A program made the translations under genes and the position numbers. Below the pieces are notes generated by a model. It worked only from the letters and a program-made list of their open reading frames with translations. It was not told where the DNA came from and made no database searches. 64,000 bases of DNA from Tubulanus polymorphus (Eukaryota; Animalia; Nemertea): the NCBI RefSeq assembly GCF_964204645.1, contig NC_134025.1, positions 30,918,299 through 30,982,298 on the forward strand, given 5' to 3'. Of this stretch, positions 56,616 through 64,000 are shown one piece after another (position 1 is the first letter of the stretch; each line of letters begins with the position of its first letter).

Positions 56616-57561
56616 TATGGTCAGACTAATTACCGATGTGGACCGATTTCATATATATCGAAAAATTGATAAACAACAAAAATCGTCAAATAAACTCAAA
56701 AAAATGATCTCATTCCTAATTCTTATAAATCAAATTAATGATTTTATGTGTAATATCAGTTCAATAAATTTAATTATTACTTTATTGATGAAATCAATCC
56801 AATCTAATTCAGCCAAAAATCAAACTAAGAATGAAAGAAAAATATAACACATTATTAACATTTCACTTAATCAGCTGATAGCAGAATTCATGATAAATTA
56901 CATTAGAAGGAAAAGTAAAAATCTGAAAGGTGGTAAATAGCACGACTATGACGACGCGAGCGCCCCCTGTCGACGATTAAACGTGCTGCCGCTATTGAGT
57001 CGTATTATATTGTTAAAATCGACGATTTACAGGTGATTATTCGATATCTATTGACGATTTGACATTCTATATTGTTTAAATCGATTGTGAATGAATGATT
57101 GTCTTAATGGTTGTGATTTGAGGTGATTGTTTAAACTCGACAATCCGCTTTTTAACACCCGATGGATAGTCTGTGTGGGTACTGTTCAGTTTATTAGTCA
57201 GTGATAGACAAGTCACGTCAGAGCAGATGTGTTGAGTTTCTGGTGCGACCACGGTTTAGATGTCGCCAGAACTGATGTTTCACTGACTCAGACCCTTAGG
57301 GCCGATGGGAAAAATGATCCAATAATGAAGTTATTTTTGATTTACTGAGATTGAGAAGGCAGCATCTGGACAATAGTTTTACTTGTGGAAATCTAGATTT
57401 AGTCTATATACCACTGCTTTACCGAAGGAGTCCCTTTTGTAACAACATCCATTAATAATATGCCCCTTTATATTTGAGAAGAGGCCTTCATCTGACTGAC
57501 CATCTCGCTGTTACTGTTACAGCTACTGGTGCTGCTGCTGCTGCTGGTGCCGTGGTGAAAC

Positions 57562-60500
57562 ATGTCCGAAAGCGATCCAGAAAGTGGTGAATGTAGTTCT
57601 AGTGATGGAGAACGAAGTAAACAGAAATCTATCCGCAGTGCAGTTATACAGGTCTGTATTAAACACCTTCCTCCCTCTCAATCAAATACTGCATTAACCA
57701 CCCTCCTCACCCTCAATCAAATACTGCATTAACCACCCTCCTCACCCTCAATCAAATACTGCATTAAACACCCTCCTCCCTCTCAATCAAATACTGCATT
57801 AACCACCCTCCTCCCTCTCAATCAAATACTGCATTAAACACCCTCCTCCCTCTCAATCAAATACTGCATTAACCACCCTCCTCCCTCTCGATCAAATACT
57901 GCATTAACCACTCTCCTCACCCTCAATCAAATAAACACATCATTAGGGAGGGCTGAGGCGTTGATGTTCAAAATGAGAGCCCCTTAAAAAGACTTTGTGC
58001 AGAATGATTAGAATTGAAATTTTGTTTAGTTTAATTAATAGTTAATTTGTGTTTCTTGTTACAGAAAGTTGTTTCTCCAAACCCAACCCCTTCAGCTCCT
58101 GCTCCTGATTCTGAGCAGCCGTCTGCTGCTGCTGCTCCTGCACCAGTTCACTCTCCGATTCGAGTTCCTCCCGATGATCCGGACCCTATCGCTGAAGATT
58201 CACCTCCTAAAGTTCAACGCAAGTCTGAAATAGTCGACAACAGATCGCCGGAAACTAAACTGAAATCAGAAATAAAAACGGAGAGACCTCGATCGTCGTT
58301 ATCGCAATCACCGGAACAAAAACAACGTAAATCAGAAATTATTGATAGAAGATCTCCAGAAACTAAGAGAAAAGCTGAATTAGATCTGAACAGGTCGGTG
58401 TGCGGTCCATACCTCATCATGTGAACTTCATTCATGTGAAAACTCGTCTATATTTTCTATCATTGTATTTCTAATAGACGGAGTCGGAGCCCTGAGACAC
58501 CACCTAGTGAACGAAAACGAACTAAATTAGACGGTAGAGATGACCGATCGAGGAGATCTAGAGATCGTGAATACAAGTGAGTTTTCCATCAATCACAACT
58601 CATTAAACTCTTCAGTTAAAATCACTTCGCAACGTTTGAAATTAAGTCTAATAAAATGACAATATGAAATTGGATCCGGGACCTGGCTCCACAGTTGTGA
58701 GTTTGAGTTAATTCCCTAGTTAAAATTAGTTAATTTTCTCAATGATTAAACTCTGGAGCTGGTTGCACAGTCATGGCTTTGACTTGAGACCATTCTAAGA
58801 CGAACTTAGTTCAATGGCCAATCTAAAAACTTAAGACAAGTCTTAAGATTTAAGACTACTTTTGGACTTACGTCGCGACTGTGCAACTAGCCCCTGGAGT
58901 AAAATCTAACGCAGCAACTGTAGAACTGGATCCAGAACTGTAGAAGGGGGTACAAAATTGTTAAGTTGGGTTTATGATTGTATGAACTGCAGTTGAATGC
59001 GATTTCTTGTTTTCTATGGACAGCGATCGTAAACGTAAAGCTGGTGATACGGAGAAGATTTCGACGCCGCCCCCGAAAAAAAAGAAAGATACGGAATCTT
59101 TACCGACCCGAACCGGTGGAGCTTACATTCCTCCCGCTAAACTACGTATGATGCAAGCAAAAATTACTGATAAATCCAGGTAAGCCGGTCCTTCCTCGTA
59201 ACTTATCCCCTTCTATCTTATCTTCTCCTAGCTCAGGCTCAACAGACCGCTTTAATCTTGTGACGATGATTTTATTTTGTAGTATTGAATTTCAACGTTT
59301 GGCCTGGGAAGCTTTAAAGAAATCAATAAATGGTTTGATAAATAAAGTGAACGTATCGAATATCGATATCGTTGTTAGGGAATTATTTCAAGAGAATATC
59401 GTCAGAGGAAGGTAACAAAAATAAGAGTTTATCATTTCGATGAAACTTCAGTCTTGAAGTGAACTGTGCTTACCACAGTCAGAGCAGATTGCCTCACAGT
59501 ATTACGTGCCCCCGGACTCTGTTTGTCACGGAGCTGAATGTCACGTGCCCCCGGACTCTGTTTGTCACGGAGCTGAATGTCACGTGCCCCCGGACTCTGT
59601 TTGTCACGGAGCTGAATGTCACGTGCCCCCGGACTCTGCTTGTCACGGAGCTGAATGTCACATGCCCCCCGACTCTGTTTGTCACGGAGCTGAATGTCAC
59701 GTGCCCCCGGACTCTGTTTGTCACGGAGCTGAATGTCACGTGCCCCCGGACTCTGCTTGTCACGGAGCTGAATGTCACATGCCCCCCGACTCTGTTTGTC
59801 ACGGAGCTGAATGTCACGTGCCCCCGGACTCTGTTTGTCACGGAGCTGAATGTCACGTGCCCCCGGACTCTGTTTGTCACGGAGCTGAATGTCACGTGCC
59901 CCCGGACTCTGTTTGTCACGGAGCCCCCGGACTCTGTTTGTCACAGAGCCCCGGACTCTGTTTGTCACGGAGCCCCCCGGACTCTGTTTGTCGCGTGCCC
60001 CCGGACTCTGTTTGTCACGGAGCCCCCGGACTCTGTTTCTATTGTATATCTAATCGATGATGTTATTATTTGTAGAGGTTTATTGTCTCGTGCTGTAATC
60101 CAGGCTCAAGCTGCGTCTCCTACGTTCACTCATGTTTACGCAGCGTTCACCGCTATCATTAACTCACGATTCCCGAATATCGGTGAACTCATTCTACGCC
60201 GTCTTATCATACTGTTCCGTAAGGGTTACCGTAGAAACGATAAAGCTATTTGTTTATCGGCGACCAGGTTTATCGCTCATCTCGTTAATCAACAAGTCGT
60301 AAGTATTTCTGTCACACAATTATTACACATCAGAGAATTCTAAATCTTTTCTTGAAAGTCTGGGAATTTGAATATTTTCACTCGTGCTGGTGACGAGTGG
60401 CACAAGGAACCTCTTGATAAGAAACAGCTCCCAATGAGGATATCTTATAACTTAATCGGGGAATTTTAATATTTTTACTCTATGTTGTTCTTGCTGGAAA

Positions 60501-63500
60501 TGAATGGCACTAGGAACCTCTTGATAGGAAACGGGAAAGATCATAATTGAATCAGGGAATTTCAACTGTGGGTTTATGGTCAGAAAAATATCAGGGAATG
60601 ATTTTTGGATTCCCTGATCTGTAAAAACCCTCTTGCTCATTCATGTTTATCTATTTAAACCCCGTTTTAAATTTCAGGCTCACGAAGTCGTCGCGTTGGA
60701 AATATTAACGTTACTATTAGAAACCCCTACGGATGACTCGGTGGAAGTAGCGTGTGGATTCCTGCAGGAATGTGGAATGAAACTAACCGATGTTTCTCCA
60801 CGTGGAATGCACGCTATATTCGATCGATTGCGCAATGCGTTACACGAGTCTCACATCGATAAACGAGTTCAGTATATGGTCGAAGTGATGTTTCAAGTGA
60901 GAAAAGACGGATTCAAGGATCACGTTACGATTGTGGAAGGGTTGGATTTAGTCGAGGAAGATGATCAGTTTACTCACATGTTATCATTGGAAGAACAAGT
61001 GAATTCTGAAGATATTCTCAGTAAGTTTAAAGTATTGATGTATGTAAATGTATTCGACCGTATTTCCAGGGTTTATAGCTTGTCATTGAAGTTAGTTCTT
61101 TACTCTGAAGACCTGAAAGAATATTTACTTTTTGCAAAAATTTCCAAAAGTTCTTATTTAATGAATTGTGGTATCCCTACCTAAGTATTTCTCAAAGAAT
61201 ATCTCTAGATTACACGCGTTAGGAGCCATCCTATTCATTCCAATCCAGTGGGCGGCTCCAGGTCACCTGGGATTGTCTATGAAAGGAATGTGCGTAAATT
61301 CTGGATTATTTTAATGTTTTTTAGACGTGTTTAAATTTGATCCTGATTTCATCGCGAATGAAGAGAAATATAAACAGATCAAGAAGACTATTCTAGACGA
61401 GGATTCTGGATCGGATTCAGACGAATCCGGAGGAAGTGGATCATCAGAATCAGGATCCGGATCAGATTCTGAAAGTGAAGATGGTAAGAGAATAATAATT
61501 CTTGTTTTACAAACATAGTTTTGAATTATATTCAAAATTATCAACGTTGAAAACTTTCAGATCTTTTATGTTCTTTCTATTTCATATCAGATATTTTACC
61601 AAACTTGGACAAACAATATTTAATTTTTCAATAAGTTGTCAGAAACTATGCTGGTAATCTTATCTATAAGAAAAAAATAATTGTTCTACGCAGTTTTTGG
61701 TTAAATGAATACAACTGTTTGCGTATAAATATCTTTGTTTATTTTCTTTTTAAGCAAATTGTTTGTAGATACATCGTAAATTGAATGTAAAATACTTCGT
61801 TATCAGATATTAGACTGATAACCAGTGAATGGATCCAGGGTTTTAGTTGTAACTAATATTGAGAATGTTTTATTGTTTATATTTCTACAGATGAAGGAAA
61901 ACAGTTAATAATCGACGCCACGGAAACTAATTTAGTCGCTCTTCGTCGTACAATTTACCTGACGTTTCAATCGAGTTTAGATTTTGAAGAGTGCGCTCAT
62001 AAAGTCCTTAAAATGCAGCTAAAACCCGGACAGGAGGTTAGTGTTTTATTTACTGAATTCAACCATTTCTTCATTACAATTATTACTACAACAGATGTAG
62101 CAGAGATGCAGGAGTTTCCCATCGTCAGTACTTTATTCAGGCTGAGCACGTTGCCGTAATCCTGCTGGACATTTTGTTATTTGCTAAGTTGCATGCATTT
62201 TGAAAATGGTGGCAGAAGTGGCCAAAAATGTCAAATCCTCCTTTCAAAAAGAATAATTTTATTAGTTCTGATTTTTTCGGAATCTGCCACTAAAATCGGT
62301 GTTGTAGTTTTAATCATCTGGGCCCAGTTTCACAAACAAGTTAAACTCAAATTTTTCATGTTTTCAATGAGGGCAACAATTAAAACATAACTGTTTTAGG
62401 CTTAAACTTTTTCGTGAAACCGGGCCCTGAATGAGCAAAAACCATAAACCATGAAACACATTACGCAATGCTGTAATTTCAGGTGGAATTGTGTAATATG
62501 ATACTTGATTGCTGCGCTCAACAGAGAACTTATGAGAAATTCTATGGATTATTAGCTCAGGTCAGTGTGTGTTTTATAAATCATAACATACCTCCTTTAT
62601 CTGAACCCAGTTCCACAGTAACTGTGAGTTAGAGTTAACTCTGAACTCGGGATCCTTAGTAAAAATCAGTTCATTTTCAATGAGTCAAATCTAAACTCAC
62701 AACTGTGGAACCGGGTCCACAACCGTGGAACTGGGTCATGTGTGTACGTAGTGTCAAACCCGCACTGAAGTCATGTCCCTATTTTAGTCGTCAACATAAT
62801 GATCGCCCAAACTACACTGACTTTCCCTGTCTCATACCCCCCTCCCTCCTCTCGCTCTGAATTATCAAACTCTGGTGTTGATTTATTGTTGTTTTTATTT
62901 ATAGAGATTTTGTCAGTTGAACAAGATTTATATCGAGCCGTTCGAGACGATATTTCAGGAACAGTATTCAACAATCCATCGCCTGGAAACGAATAAACTT
63001 CGTAACGTCGCCAAATTCTTCGCTCATCTTCTTCACACGGACGCCATCTCGTGGGCGGTAAGGTTAAAACCATGCAGCTGAAACCTCACTCCGTCGCATC
63101 ACGCCAAGTTTTCAGCGTTAGTTTTGCGGTTTGTTTTTTAGGTTTTAGAACATATCAAACTGAATGAAGAAGACACAACTTCATCCAGTCGAATTTTCAT
63201 TAAGATTTTCTTCCAAGAATTATCGGAATATCTCGGTTTACCGAAACTGAACGCACGCCTTAAGGATGAGTAAGTTTATACGGCATCAAAATCAGCTACT
63301 ACACTCTCATATCTCTCTCACCTCCACCCTCTACCTCCCTCACCTCCACCTCTCTCACCTCCACCCTCTACCTCCCTCACCTCCCCAACTCTCACCTTCA
63401 CCCTCTACCTCCCTCACCTCCCCATCTCTCTCACCTCCACCCTCTAGCTCCCTCACCTCCCCCTCTCTCATCTCTCTGCCTCTCTCACCTCCCCCTCTAC

Positions 63501-64000
63501 CTCTCTCACCTCCCCCTCTACCTCCCTCACCTCCCCCTCTCTCACCTCCACCCTCTACCTCCCTCACCTCCCCATCTCTCTCACCTCCACCCTCTAGCTC
63601 CCTCACCTCCCCCTCTCTCATCTCTCTGCCTCTCTCACCTCCCCCTCTACCTCTCTCACCTCCCCCTCTACCTCTATCACCTCCCCCTCTACCTCTCTCA
63701 CCTCCCCCTCTACCTCTCTCACCTCCCCCTCTCCCTCTTCTATCTCTGTATAACAAAGTGAAGATGTATTATTATTTTCTAGGACTATGCTACCGTACTA
63801 TGAAGGTGTTCTACCTCGTGATAATCCTAGAAACACTAGATTTGCCATTAATTTCTTCACTACTATCGGCCTCGGCGGTCTCACGTAAGTATCAATTACA
63901 TTTCAGCCATAATAAAAAACCAACCTGTTGATCCAAACATTTCATTGAGAATAATCTGTTTTGTTTGTAGGGAAGAATTGAGGGATCATTTAAAGAATCA
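57562..64000 (+). CDS. CWC22: Pre-mRNA-splicing factor CWC22 (MIF4G and MI domains), 3' end outside the window
   Basis: Exons ~57562-57651, 58065-58393, 58477-58577, 59024-59179, 59283-59411, 60076-60298, 60678-61021, 61326-61483, 61891-62036, 62483-62560, 62904-63056, 63142-63269, 63783-63884, 63971->end. Motifs [48 protein letters not shown] and [15 protein letters not shown]. Confidence 0.96.
57660..57933. repeat. 35-bp minisatellite in a CWC22 intron
   Basis: Unit CCCTCAATCAAATACTGCATTAACCACCCTCCTCA, ~7.5 copies. Confidence 0.92.
58678..58935. mobile_element. Nested MITEs: GGGCTGGTTGCA-family element (58756-58893, CTG flanks) inside a CCAGTTCCACAGTTGTGAG-family element
   Basis: Inner TIRs GAGCTGGTTGCACAGTC / GACTGTGCAACTAGCCC. 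The outer arms match elements at ~11295-11408, 49853-49960 and 62604-62720. Confidence 0.65.
59503..60038. repeat. 39-bp minisatellite (~10 copies plus truncated units) in a CWC22 intron
   Basis: Unit CACGTGCCCCCGGACTCTGTTTGTCACGGAGCTGAATGT. Confidence 0.95.
62321..62426. mobile_element. MITE, Harbinger-like
   Basis: TIRs GGCCCAGTTTCAC / GTGAAACCGGGCC with CTG flanks on both sides. Confidence 0.75.
63310..63742. repeat. CT-rich degenerate tandem repeat in a CWC22 intron
   Basis: CTCACCTCCCCCTCTACCTCT-like units between a GTAAGT donor (63270) and the acceptor (63782). Confidence 0.9.

Noticed and set aside
59432-60060. Cys/His-rich repeat ORFs ([13 protein letters not shown])n suggesting a metal-binding protein
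   Set aside because: 39-bp minisatellite inside a CWC22 intron. The flanking exons splice in frame without it.

Overview
AT-rich, intron-rich animal genomic DNA with GT-AG introns and many MITEs and minisatellites. It is not prokaryotic, and the gene content suggests a marine invertebrate, probably a lophotrochozoan (inference). Conserved spliced genes: a probable URB1 first exon (-), CHMP1B (+, intron 1 looks U12-type), ACAT2 (+), MRPL23 (+), SYT12 (+), an intronless LicD/fukutin-family gene (+), a GlyR/GluCl-like Cys-loop channel (+), PSMC1 (-) and CWC22 (+, runs off the window). The standout is at 10.2-21.8 kb: a tandem array of nine co-oriented (-) genes for small secreted prepropeptides. 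They share a signal peptide (MKVFWCLVV.VLLIGVWA), an acidic pro-piece and a usually dibasic (KR) cleavage site, followed by unrelated and mostly cationic Pro/Trp/Arg/Cys-rich cargo peptides, several ending in G-K/R amidation signals. This is the layout of antimicrobial-peptide and toxin gene families, and I do not recognise the family. Six copies look intact and three are damaged. One damaged copy carries an inserted fragment of an intron-containing tRNA-Ile(UAU) that stops the original frame and also supplies a new in-frame ATG. Exon coordinates were read by eye and may be off by a few bases.
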